From Eledone cirrhosa (lineage: Eukaryota), in contig OZ024740.1 in assembly GCA_964016885.1 (NCBI GenBank), positions 234,546,001 through 234,610,000 of the forward strand: a stretch of 64,000 bases of DNA, written 5' to 3'. The position numbers and the translations under genes are program-made. Under the pieces are notes generated by a model. The model searched no databases. It saw nothing but the letters and a program-made list of their open reading frames with translations, and had not been told where the DNA came from. This document shows, piece after piece, positions 55,901 to 64,000 of the stretch; position 1 is the stretch's first letter; every line of letters begins with the position of its first letter.

Positions 55901-56414
55901 AACGCCTGAGCAGGTTGGTGAGGCTCTTGCACCCTCCACCCCTATCCGCTAATCCCACACAGTCCCAGCGTGCATCTAAGATCCCGTTCCAGTCGCCCAC
56001 TAACACTAAAGAGCGGGACGTTCCAAGAAAGGTCTCCAGACGCCGGAAGAAATCAGGCCGCCCTGCTCCTGTCGGGGCATAGACGGCCACTAGCCTGAAA
56101 GCTTGCCCGTCTCCGCTGGTCACGTCCAGCACCACCAGCTTACCCTCTGGGTCCAGGAAGATGGCCCGTATGGCGAGATCCAAACCTCTCCGAAAAAGCA
56201 CAGCAACTCCTCCACCGGATCCAGGACGGCTGGGAGATGCGTACACATCGAAGCCGCCGAAGATCGGTGCGAAGGCCCGTGCTTCGGAGATTCTGGTCTC
56301 GCTGATGGCCACTACATCTATGTTTAGTGACCTGAGGTCGTTGAGCAGGTGACCCTGCTTCCATGACGACCCCAAGCCACGCGCATTTATGCTGCCTATT
56401 CTGAGTGAGGTCAT
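52995..56414 (-). CDS. ORF2 APE-RT-CCHC (1139 aa, intact)
   Basis: Same motifs as copy 1; Y-to-F change in GGFDV. Confidence 0.96.
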   Translation of the reverse strand: MTSLRIGSINARGLGSSWKQGHLLNDLRSLNIDVVAISETRISEARAFAPIFGGFDVYASPSRPGSGGGVAVLFRRGLDLAIRAIFLDPEGKLVVLDVTSGDGQAFRLVAVYAPTGAGRPDFFRRLETFLGTSRSLVLVGDWNGILDARWDCVGLADRGGGCKSLTNLLRRFELSDRYRLDFPNVPMWTWTNRIGSSRSYLDRVFCREIDRSSIGCPQFKIVSYTDHKFVICVLDLDRLHRRGPGYWKLNASLPARKAYRDRISELVKRALTGAIVNNKWWFALKRAIRIESIRFSKALAIEKNRAEGELVRKLDEALSKGIATDVLAAKLALDQFFNAKHEGCVVRARVRALRHEGTKAVQWARVAEARRGNKATIRSLVDHDGRMLLDPGQMCEAFQRHFAQLFGGSGGPGRGMDFSVYLDGLPRLSATEAKCCEKPITAAEVREAMTGCTRGKSPGLDGLPYELYVQMPDLFGGLLADVYCNWQQNGRIPSSVSRGAVALLRKDPNKGDNIDNFRPITLLNTEFKILAKVLAKRLALVVGGLVGEAQTCAIPDRSIHDNLHLMRYIVERVAREPGTGGSLINLDQSKAFDRVDHRYLAAVLRAAGFGPVFRGWIAAMHSDICSVVRVNGHLSEPFNIMRSVRQGCPLSSLLYVLTLEPLLHKLETLRGVPRELGCGRSVSAYADDVTVVVSNAKHIEAIGTTLREYEAVTGAMINQEKSVGLQLGTWRGRSMPSNSVVGRWTDGPVKLLGVWFGPDLQTDKNWDEVTSRVASLTQKWAERKLSLKGRAEVANAYIASVICYRLTVVPCPKPRLTALERLLFRFLWKGRAPMVRRSICCQHPLRGGLGMPWLMMRRHALRLRHLHLFLDGDQVWSPFARRVFPQLVSLTELQSWVKRRPRGSAWRLECLQALTALDQSGNVIGGNSTSAFYRGLVEGKSDDVLGETLGVDENQLANLFGRTFGPGPMDNFQKSLAWQCYRGALPVRDKLYRHGGAVSRACPRCAQGDETVLHALVQCPKIADLWVYVEHLLSRLGRIQLSSESIVRIAPPSSFSREGQAVFICLVAMAKEIVWWTRLKGLKTSTYLFGDALIDFFKFHLKRKIRVEKEVLSSQHFVERWVREARMARVNGPTLSIYL

Positions 56415-56449
56415 GTTTAAAATAGAGTGGAAAAGATGGGAAAGACCAC

Positions 56450-58546
56450 TTACCGTACTTTTGGTAGAGGAGGGATGGTTTTTACATCCCTTTTCACTTG
56501 ATCGTCTGGTGAAGGGACCGTTGAATCGTCCCTTCGGCTGGTCGTCGGCTCTTCTAAGAGAATGTCTGAGTATACTCTTCGATTGATGGTTCCTCCTAGG
56601 TCCCTGAAATCACCAACTGCGTTGGGGAATTTCGTTTTAATATTTGTGTATTGTTTCTGTGCTATTTTTAGCAGTCTTATGTTAGTTGGCGTTTTGATTG
56701 GTGCTGGTATTATGTAGTCCTGTTGTGAAATGTCTGTGTGTTCAATTATGTAAGTCATTAGTTTCTTGTTGTGTGTATTTATTGCCGTGCATTTGTTTTT
56801 CTGGGGGTGGGGTGTGGTTCTGCTATTTTCTTGTCGTTGTTGCTGGGTGTGTGTGTTTTGTTGTTGTGTTTGCGATGTTGGTGCTTGTGGTGGTGGTGTT
56901 GAAGGTGTTGTTGGCGGTGGGGTTGTCGCCGGTGGTGATGGTGGCGCTAGTGTGGGTGGTGATGGTGTTGGTGTTGTTGCTGCTGTGGGTCTCTTTGCAG
57001 TAGACTTTACCCTTTTCTCATTTCTTTCCTCACTTTTCAAAGGCGACGATGCGCTGCTTCTGCGTTTGTGCCTTCTTACGACCTTTTGCCATCTCTCTCC
57101 CACCTCACACTCCATGTCTGATTCTGTAAGGTCGGGGAGGGGTACCAGCTCCACTCTTTCACTTGTTGTTGTTGGTGATGTTTGCACTGGAGTCTCTGTT
57201 GCAGCTGCATTTGGTATTGCTGTTGTTGTTGTTAATATTTCCACTGCTGCTGCTGTCTTTGATTTCCGTGGAGTGGGTATGGGTGCCACGGACCTATCGT
57301 TCCTGGTTGCCGCTTGTCCTGTTGCTGGTAGCCGTGGAACCGGATTCGGGAGGAGGGGGGTTTTCTCCTTTCTCAGGGTCTTCTCGTTGCAGAAGGCCCT
57401 GAGGTGAGTCTTCGATCCACAGCGAAAGCATTTCGGGCGTTTGCCCTCAACACTTATGGGCAGTTGAGTGCCGTTATCGAAGTCTATCACATCCGGGATA
57501 GCTTCGATGCACTCCTGGTTGGTTTGGATTAGCATCTCAATGGAGGAGCCGACCCAATCTTCTCTTACTTTTTTCTGTACTTGCAGTACAGTTGTTTTGT
57601 CCTCGATTCCGACGAGGACAGACGCGGCCAGCCAAGAAGGGGTCATTCCGGGGGGGACGTGGGTCAGTTTGACCCTCACAATTTTTTGCCCGCAGTAGGA
57701 GGGCACCAACACCATTTCCTCGCTCCTTAGGGTCACTACTGATTGGGCCTTTGCCTCCTGGGGTGTGGCAAAAAGTACGTCTACGGTGGCGTATTTTTTG
57801 CCTCGGGTGATGTGCGTTTTCCTCTGCCACACAGACCCCAAGGCTTTTTGTATTTGGGCCTCTGTGGCTCTTTCCACCCTACGGGATTTTGTACTTACTG
57901 TACGGTACGTGACCGTACAGTGCTCTTGGGTTTCGAAAAAATTTTTCGCTGCCTTGCAGATTGCTCGGTGTCCGTTCTTTGTCACCATCTTCTTCGCTTC
58001 CTCTAATTCCTCATTTGTTATGAGGATTGTTTCCAGGTTTTTCGCAATACCTGCAAATGAGATTGGTTTTTCTCTGCTGTTGTTGTTGTCGTCAGAGCTG
58101 CTGGTACTTTTGTTGTTGCTGCAGGTACTACGACTACTGCCTCCGCCGCTGTTGCTGTGGTTGTTGTTGGTGTTGCTGCTGCTAATGCTGTTGTTGTTTA
58201 TGCTGCTGGTGATGCTGTTGCGGCTGCTACTGTTGTTTTCATTGTCACTGTTGCTGTTGTTATTACGGCTGCTACTGCTATTATTCCTGACGTCAGACGA
58301 ATGAACTGGGTTTTCGTATTTCCCGCACACCTGTTTCGTCGCTGTCGTCGTCGTCGTGGAGAAACCTTGCACGCTTTGCACGAGACTTTTCTTTTCTTTC
58401 GTCGCTTGCGAAAGAGAAGGGAGGGAGAGAGACACATTTAAAGAAGGGAGGGAGAGAGACAATCTTCTCTCTGCTGTAGTGATGATTGAGGAAGAAGAAG
58501 ACGGAATGAGTGGGAGTGACGTATGAAATTTCTTTTTGGTAGCCAT
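56450..58546 (-). CDS. ORF1 (698 aa from ATG MATKKKFH), CCHC knuckle
   Basis: Open from the ATG at 58546; contains a CX2CX4HX4C motif. Confidence 0.9.
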   Translation of the reverse strand: MATKKKFHTSLPLIPSSSSSIITTAERRLSLSLPSLNVSLSLPSLSQATKEKKSLVQSVQGFSTTTTTATKQVCGKYENPVHSSDVRNNSSSSRNNNSNSDNENNSSSRNSITSSINNNSISSSNTNNNHSNSGGGSSRSTCSNNKSTSSSDDNNNSREKPISFAGIAKNLETILITNEELEEAKKMVTKNGHRAICKAAKNFFETQEHCTVTYRTVSTKSRRVERATEAQIQKALGSVWQRKTHITRGKKYATVDVLFATPQEAKAQSVVTLRSEEMVLVPSYCGQKIVRVKLTHVPPGMTPSWLAASVLVGIEDKTTVLQVQKKVREDWVGSSIEMLIQTNQECIEAIPDVIDFDNGTQLPISVEGKRPKCFRCGSKTHLRAFCNEKTLRKEKTPLLPNPVPRLPATGQAATRNDRSVAPIPTPRKSKTAAAVEILTTTTAIPNAAATETPVQTSPTTTSERVELVPLPDLTESDMECEVGERWQKVVRRHKRRSSASSPLKSEERNEKRVKSTAKRPTAATTPTPSPPTLAPPSPPATTPPPTTPSTPPPQAPTSQTQQQNTHTQQQRQENSRTTPHPQKNKCTAINTHNKKLMTYIIEHTDISQQDYIIPAPIKTPTNIRLLKIAQKQYTNIKTKFPNAVGDFRDLGGTINRRVYSDILLEEPTTSRRDDSTVPSPDDQVKRDVKTIPPLPKVR

Positions 58547-59043
58547 GTTTTTTTGTTTAAAATGAAATTTTGGGTACAAAACCCCAATAACTGGTTATTT
58601 AACCCCGAAGGGCCAAATAACGGACAGAAAGACCCCTCTCACGAGGAGGAGGGTGTCTTTATCAACAATTTGGTTCAAGTTTTAAACAATTTACAATTGT
58701 TTTAACGGTTAAAAATTACTATACCTTACAGAGCCGAGCCTCCGTCAACCATGGCATTCAATAATAATAATAATAATAATGATTTCTTTATTAACCACAA
58801 GGGTTTACATAAAGTAGACATTAAGGACAGTGCAGGACAATGCAGGACGGTACAAATGGGCATTTCTGCGTGTAAAAAAAACAAAAATAGAGGATGTAAC
58901 AAAAATAACAATGAAAATAACAATGAAAAATTCCCCAATAGGGGGGAGACTTCGGAGGAACATTTGTGGAGAAAGCCCAGTAAAAAGCCACAATGACCCT
59001 GACCACCAAGGCAAGTGCCCTCTCCCAGTTTTCCACCTTTAGT

Positions 59044-62000
59044 TTACAGATATATACTCAGAGTCGGCCCATTCACTCGGGCCATTCTTGCTTCTCTCAC
59101 CCATCTTTCAACAAAATGCTGGGAAGAGAGCACTTCCTTCTCTACTCTGATTTTCCTTTTCAAATGAAATTTGAAAAAGTCAATCAGAGCATCACCGAAG
59201 AGGTAAGTGCTCGTCTTCAGCCCTTTCAAACGTGTCCACCATACTATCTCTTTCGCCATGGCCACCAGACAGATAAAAACTGCCTGCCCTTCCCGGCTAA
59301 AGGAGGAGGGCGGGGCAATCCTCACGATAGACTCAGATGATAGCTGGATCCGTCCTAAACGCGACAGCAGGTGTTCGACATAAACCCACAAGTCAGCAAT
59401 TTTCGGACACTGGACGAGTGCGTGCAGGACGGTTTCGTCGCCCTGCGCGCATCTCGGACATGCCCGGCTGACGGCACCTCCATGCCTGTAGAGTTTATCC
59501 CGAACTGGCAAGGCTCCTCGGTAGCACTGCCAGGCCAGAGATTTCTGGAAGTTGTCCATAGGCCCTGGCCCGAAGGTTCTTCCGAAGAGATTGGCTAGTT
59601 GATTTTCGTCGACGCCTAGAGTTTCCCCAAGTACGTCGTCGCTCTTCCCCTCCACTAATCCTCTATAGAACGCCGAGGTGGAGTTTCCACCGATCACATT
59701 GCCCGATTGGTCGAGGGCTGTGAGCGCCTGAAAACATTCCAGTCTCCAGGCGCTCCCTCTCGGTCTTCGCTTGACCCAGGACTGCAGCTCCGTCAAGGAA
59801 ACGAGCTGGGGAAAAACGCGTCTAGCAAACGGCGACCACACCTGATCACCGTCGAGGAAGAGGTGGAGATGTCGTAGCCTGAGCGCGTGCCTGCGCATCA
59901 TCAGCCACGGCATGCCCAGCCCTCCACGTAGCGGGTGTTGACAACAGATGGACCGCCTGACCATCGGAGCACGTCCCTTCCACAAAAAGCGAAAGAGCAA
60001 ACGCTCCAGCGCAGTCAGGCGAGGCTTAGGACAAGGTACGACGGTTAGGCGGTAGCAGATGACAGACGCGATGTACGCGTTAGCCACCTCCGCTCGACCT
60101 TTCAGGGATAGCTTCCTCTCCGCCCATTTCTGGGTGAGAGAAGCCACCCTGCTCGTCACCTCGTCCCAGTTTTTGTCCGTCTGGAGGTCCGGACCGAACC
60201 AGACCCCTAGCAATTTAACCGGTCCGTCCGTCCAGCGCCCGACGACGCTGTTGGACGGCATGGACCTGCCTCTCCAGGTGCCGAGCTGCAGGCCCACTGA
60301 CTTTTCCTGGTTGATCATTGCTCCTGTCACCGCTTCGTATTCTCTTAGTGTAGTGCCGATCGCCTCGATGTGTTTGGCGTTCGACACCACTACGGTGACA
60401 TCGTCCGCATATGCTGACACGGATCTTCCGCATCCTAGTTCGCGCGGGACTCCCCTCAACGTCTCCAGTTTGTGCAGTAATGGCTCGAGAGTCAATACGT
60501 ACAAGAGGGACGAGAGGGGACATCCTTGGCGGACCGAGCGCATGATGTTGAACGGTTCCGACAGGTGACCGTTCACTCTCACCACAGAGCAGATGTCGCT
60601 GTGCATGGCAGCGATCCAGCCTCTGAAGACGGGCCCAAAGCCAGCCGCCCTCAGGACTGCCGCTAGGTAACGATGGTCGACCCTATCGAAAGCTTTCGAC
60701 TGATCTAAATTGATCAAGGACCCACCCGTGCCAGGTTCCCTAGCTACCCTCTCTACGATGTATCGCATGAGGTGGAGGTTGTCGTGGATGGATCTGTCGG
60801 GAATGGCGCATGTCTGCGCCTCTCCCACCAGACCACCAACGACAAGCGCCAACCTCTTTGCTAGCACCTTGGCCAAAATCTTAAACTCTGTGTTTAGCAG
60901 AGTTATGGGCCGGAAATTGTCTATGTTATCCCCCTTGTTCGGATCCTTTCTCAGCAGTGCCACCGCTCCTCGGCTCACAGAACTGGGAATTCTCCCGTTC
61001 TGTTGCCAGTTGCAGTAGACGTCCGCCAAGAGGCCTCCGAACAAGTCTGGCATCTGTACGTAAAGTTCATAGGGCAGACCATCCAAACCAGGCGATTTAC
61101 CCCTTGTGCAGCCAGTCATTGCCTCCCGTACTTCAGCGGCTGTTATCGGCTTTTCGCAACACTTCGCCTCAGTGGCCGAGAGCCGCGGCAGTCCGTCGAG
61201 GTAGACACTAAAGTCCATCCCTCTACCCGGCCCCCCGCTGCCCCCGAACAGCTGAGCGAAGTGTCGCTGAAAAGCTTCACACATTTGCCCGGGATCGAGT
61301 AGCATGCGCCCGTCGTGGTCCACCAAAGACCGGATCGTGGCTTTGTTGCCACGACGCGCCTCCGCCACTCGGGCCCATTGAACGGCTTTCGTCCCCTCGT
61401 GTCTGAGAGCACGCACCCTAGCTCTGACAACGCAGCCTTCGTGCTTTGCATTGAAGAATTGGTCAAGGGCCAATTTCGCCGCAAGCACGTCGGTCGCAAT
61501 GCCTTTGCTAAGCGCCTCGTCTAATTTTCTAACTAGTTCTCCCTCTGCTCTATTTTTCTCTATTGCTAAAGCCTTACTAAACCTAATCGATTCTATTCTA
61601 ATCGCTCTTTTCAGAGCAAACCACCACTTGTTGTTGACGATGGCCCCCGTCAACGCCCGCTTAACTAGTTCGCTAATCCGGTCTCTGTAGGCCTTGCGCG
61701 CTGGTAAGGACGCGTTTAGCTTCCAGTAGCCGGGTCCTCGTCTATGAAGCCTATCTAAGTCAAGCACACAGATCACGAATTTGTGGTCCGTGTAGCTGAC
61801 TATCTTGAATTGTGGACAGCCTATGCTAGACCTATCTATTTCCCTACAAAATACTCTATCTAGATATGATCTGGATGACCCTATGCGGTTTGTCCAAGTC
61901 CACATTGGCACATTCGGGAAATCCAATCGGTACCTGTCAGACAGTTCAAAACGCCTGAGCAGGTTGGTGAGGCTCTTGCACCCTCCACCCCTATCCGCTA

Positions 62001-62463
62001 ATCCCACACAGTCCCAGCGTGCATCTAAGATCCCGTTCCAGTCGCCCACTAACACTAAAGAGCGCGACGTTCCAAGAAAGGTCTCCAGACGCCGGAAGAA
62101 ATCAGGCCGCCCTGCTCCTGTCGGGGCATAGACGGCCACTAGCCTGAAAGCTTGCCCGTCTCCGCTGGTCACGTCCAGCACCACCAGCTTACCCTCTGGG
62201 TCCAGGAAGATGGCCCGTATGGCGAGATCCAAACCTCTCCGAAAAAGCACAGCAACTCCTCCACCCGATCCAGGACGGCTGGGAGATGCGTACACATCGT
62301 AGCCGCCGAAGATCGGTGCGAAGGCCCGTGCTTCGGAGATTCTGGTCTCGCTGATGGCCACTACATCTATGTTTAGTGACCTGAGGTCGTTGAGCAGGTG
62401 ACCCTGCTTCCATGACGACCCCAAGCCACGCGCATTTATGCTGCCTATTCTGAGTGAGGTCAT
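59044..62463 (-). CDS. ORF2 APE-RT-CCHC (1139 aa, intact)
   Basis: Same motifs; L-to-F change in ECFQ. Confidence 0.96.
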   Translation of the reverse strand: MTSLRIGSINARGLGSSWKQGHLLNDLRSLNIDVVAISETRISEARAFAPIFGGYDVYASPSRPGSGGGVAVLFRRGLDLAIRAIFLDPEGKLVVLDVTSGDGQAFRLVAVYAPTGAGRPDFFRRLETFLGTSRSLVLVGDWNGILDARWDCVGLADRGGGCKSLTNLLRRFELSDRYRLDFPNVPMWTWTNRIGSSRSYLDRVFCREIDRSSIGCPQFKIVSYTDHKFVICVLDLDRLHRRGPGYWKLNASLPARKAYRDRISELVKRALTGAIVNNKWWFALKRAIRIESIRFSKALAIEKNRAEGELVRKLDEALSKGIATDVLAAKLALDQFFNAKHEGCVVRARVRALRHEGTKAVQWARVAEARRGNKATIRSLVDHDGRMLLDPGQMCEAFQRHFAQLFGGSGGPGRGMDFSVYLDGLPRLSATEAKCCEKPITAAEVREAMTGCTRGKSPGLDGLPYELYVQMPDLFGGLLADVYCNWQQNGRIPSSVSRGAVALLRKDPNKGDNIDNFRPITLLNTEFKILAKVLAKRLALVVGGLVGEAQTCAIPDRSIHDNLHLMRYIVERVAREPGTGGSLINLDQSKAFDRVDHRYLAAVLRAAGFGPVFRGWIAAMHSDICSVVRVNGHLSEPFNIMRSVRQGCPLSSLLYVLTLEPLLHKLETLRGVPRELGCGRSVSAYADDVTVVVSNAKHIEAIGTTLREYEAVTGAMINQEKSVGLQLGTWRGRSMPSNSVVGRWTDGPVKLLGVWFGPDLQTDKNWDEVTSRVASLTQKWAERKLSLKGRAEVANAYIASVICYRLTVVPCPKPRLTALERLLFRFLWKGRAPMVRRSICCQHPLRGGLGMPWLMMRRHALRLRHLHLFLDGDQVWSPFARRVFPQLVSLTELQSWVKRRPRGSAWRLECFQALTALDQSGNVIGGNSTSAFYRGLVEGKSDDVLGETLGVDENQLANLFGRTFGPGPMDNFQKSLAWQCYRGALPVRDKLYRHGGAVSRACPRCAQGDETVLHALVQCPKIADLWVYVEHLLSRLGRIQLSSESIVRIAPPSSFSREGQAVFICLVAMAKEIVWWTRLKGLKTSTYLFGDALIDFFKFHLKRKIRVEKEVLSSQHFVERWVREARMARVNGPTLSIYL

Positions 62464-62498
62464 GTTTAAAATAGAGTGGAAAAGATGGGAAAGACCAC

Positions 62499-64000
62499 TT
62501 ACCGTATTTTTGGTAGAGGAGGGATGGTTTTTACATCCCTTTTCACTTGATCGTCTGGTGAAGGGACCGTTGAATCGTCCCTTCGGCTGGTCGTCGGCTC
62601 TTCTAAGAGAATGTCTGAATATACTCTTCGATTAATGGTTCCTCCTAGGTCCCTGAAATCACCAACTGCGTTGGGGAATTTCGTTTTAATGTTTGTGTAT
62701 TGTTTCTGTGCTATTTTTAGCAGTCTTATGTTAGTTGGCGTTTTGATTGGTGCTGGTATTATGTAGTCCTGTTGTGAAATGTCTGTGTGTTCAATTATGT
62801 AAGTCATTAGTTTCTTGTTGTGTGTGTTTATTGCCGTGCATTTGTTTTTCTGGGGGTGGGGTGTGGTTCTGCTATTTTCTTGTCGTTGTTGCTGGGTGTG
62901 TGTGTTTTGTTGTTGTGTTTGCGATGTTGGTGCTTGTGGTGGTGGTGTTGAAGGTGTTGTTGGCGGTGGGGTTGTCGCCGGTGGTGATGGTGGTGCTGGT
63001 GTGGGTGGTGATGGTGTTGGTGGTGTTGCTGCTGTGGGTCTCTTTGCAGTAGACTTTACCCTTTTCTCATTTCTTTCCTCCCTTTTCAAAGGCGACGATG
63101 CGCTGCTTCTGCGTTTGTGCCTTCTTGAGACCTTTTGCCATCCCTCTCCCACCTCACACTCCATGTCTGATTCTGTAAGGTCGGGGAGGGGTACCAGCTC
63201 CACTCTTTCACTTGTTGTTGTTGGTGATGTTTGCACTGGAGTCTCTGTTGCAGCTGCATTTGGTATTGCTGTTGTTGTTGTTAATATTTCCACTGCTGCT
63301 GCTGTCTTTGATTTCCGTGGAGTGGGTATGGGTGCCACGGACCTATCGTTCCTGGTTGCCGCTTGTCCTGTTGCTGGTAGCCGTGGAACCGGATTCGGGA
63401 GGAGGGGGGTTTTCTCCTTTCTCAGGGTCTTCTCGTTGCAGAAGGCCCTGAGGTGAGTCTTCGATCCACAGCGAAAGCATTTCGGGCGTTTGCCCTCAAC
63501 ACTTATGGGCAGTTGAGTGCCGTTATCGAAGTCTATCACATCCGGGATAGCTTCGATGCACTCCTGGTTGGTTTGGATTAGCATCTCAATGGAGGAGCCG
63601 ACCCAATCTTCTCTTACTTTTTTCTGTACTTGCAGTACAGTTGTTTTGTCCTCGATTCCGACGAGGACAGACGCGGCCAGCCAAGAAGGGGTCATTCCGG
63701 GGGGGACGTGGGTCAGTTTGACCCTCACAATTTTTTGCCCGCAGTAGGAGGGCACCAACACCATTTCCTCGCTCCTTAGGGTCACTACTGATTGGGCCTT
63801 TGCCTCCTGGGGTGTGGCAAAAAGTACGTCTACGGTGGCGTATTTTTTGCCTCGGGTGATGTGCGTTTTCCTCTGCCACACAGACCCCAAGGCTTTTTGT
63901 ATTTGGGCCTCTGTGGCTCTTTCCACCCTACGGGATTTTGTACTTACTGTACGGTACGTGACCGTACAGTGCTCTTGGGTTTCGAAAAAATTTTTCGCTG
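62499..64000 (-). CDS. ORF1, partial (truncated by window edge)
   Basis: Matches the copy 1 ORF1 C-terminal region, including the knuckle. Confidence 0.9.
   Translation of the reverse strand, partial: AKNFFETQEHCTVTYRTVSTKSRRVERATEAQIQKALGSVWQRKTHITRGKKYATVDVLFATPQEAKAQSVVTLRSEEMVLVPSYCGQKIVRVKLTHVPPGMTPSWLAASVLVGIEDKTTVLQVQKKVREDWVGSSIEMLIQTNQECIEAIPDVIDFDNGTQLPISVEGKRPKCFRCGSKTHLRAFCNEKTLRKEKTPLLPNPVPRLPATGQAATRNDRSVAPIPTPRKSKTAAAVEILTTTTAIPNAAATETPVQTSPTTTSERVELVPLPDLTESDMECEVGEGWQKVSRRHKRRSSASSPLKREERNEKRVKSTAKRPTAATPPTPSPPTPAPPSPPATTPPPTTPSTPPPQAPTSQTQQQNTHTQQQRQENSRTTPHPQKNKCTAINTHNKKLMTYIIEHTDISQQDYIIPAPIKTPTNIRLLKIAQKQYTNIKTKFPNAVGDFRDLGGTINRRVYSDILLEEPTTSRRDDSTVPSPDDQVKRDVKTIPPLPKIR

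Larger units (their letters stand above)
52733..58759 (-). mobile_element. Full-length L1/Tx1-clade element, array copy 2 (both ORFs intact)
   Basis: Same termini as copy 1; flanked by (AAT)8 and (AAT)7. Confidence 0.95.
58781..64000 (-). mobile_element. L1/Tx1-clade element, array copy 3 (5' part runs off the window)
   Basis: 3' end joined to the 5' end of copy 2 by only (AAT)7 at 58760-58780. Confidence 0.95.

Noticed and set aside
46670-63879. Plus-strand and alternate-frame ORFs inside the LINEs
   Set aside because: Shadows of GC-rich coding sequence; repeated only because the element is repeated.

Overview
Repeat-rich, AT-rich eukaryotic DNA. The microsatellite and SINE make-up suggests an octopus or other cephalopod, but that is inference. 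No host protein-coding gene is supportable. The dominant feature is a head-to-tail array of at least three young, near-identical ~6.03-kb L1/Tx1-clade non-LTR retrotransposons on the minus strand, from 46458 to beyond 64000. Each carries a zinc-knuckle ORF1 and an intact 1139-aa APE-RT-CCHC ORF2, and every visible junction lies in an (ATT)n/(AAT)n microsatellite. An old decayed relative at 4748-10300 (+) also starts right after (ATT)15. The tRNA-derived SINE family scattered through the window shares the LINE's 3'-terminal motif and its AAT-type target sites, making a candidate LINE/SINE pair. A possible in-frame 50-53-nt ORF1-ORF2 fusion intron is present in both LINE subfamilies. The window also holds a Neptune-type Penelope-like element (GIY-YIG) in partial-tandem plus inverted-pLTR form, about ten hammerhead-ribozyme motifs (several with intact cores), many fold-back palindromes, hAT, mariner, Helitron and RTE remnants, and an 85-bp tandem array born inside a mariner MITE.
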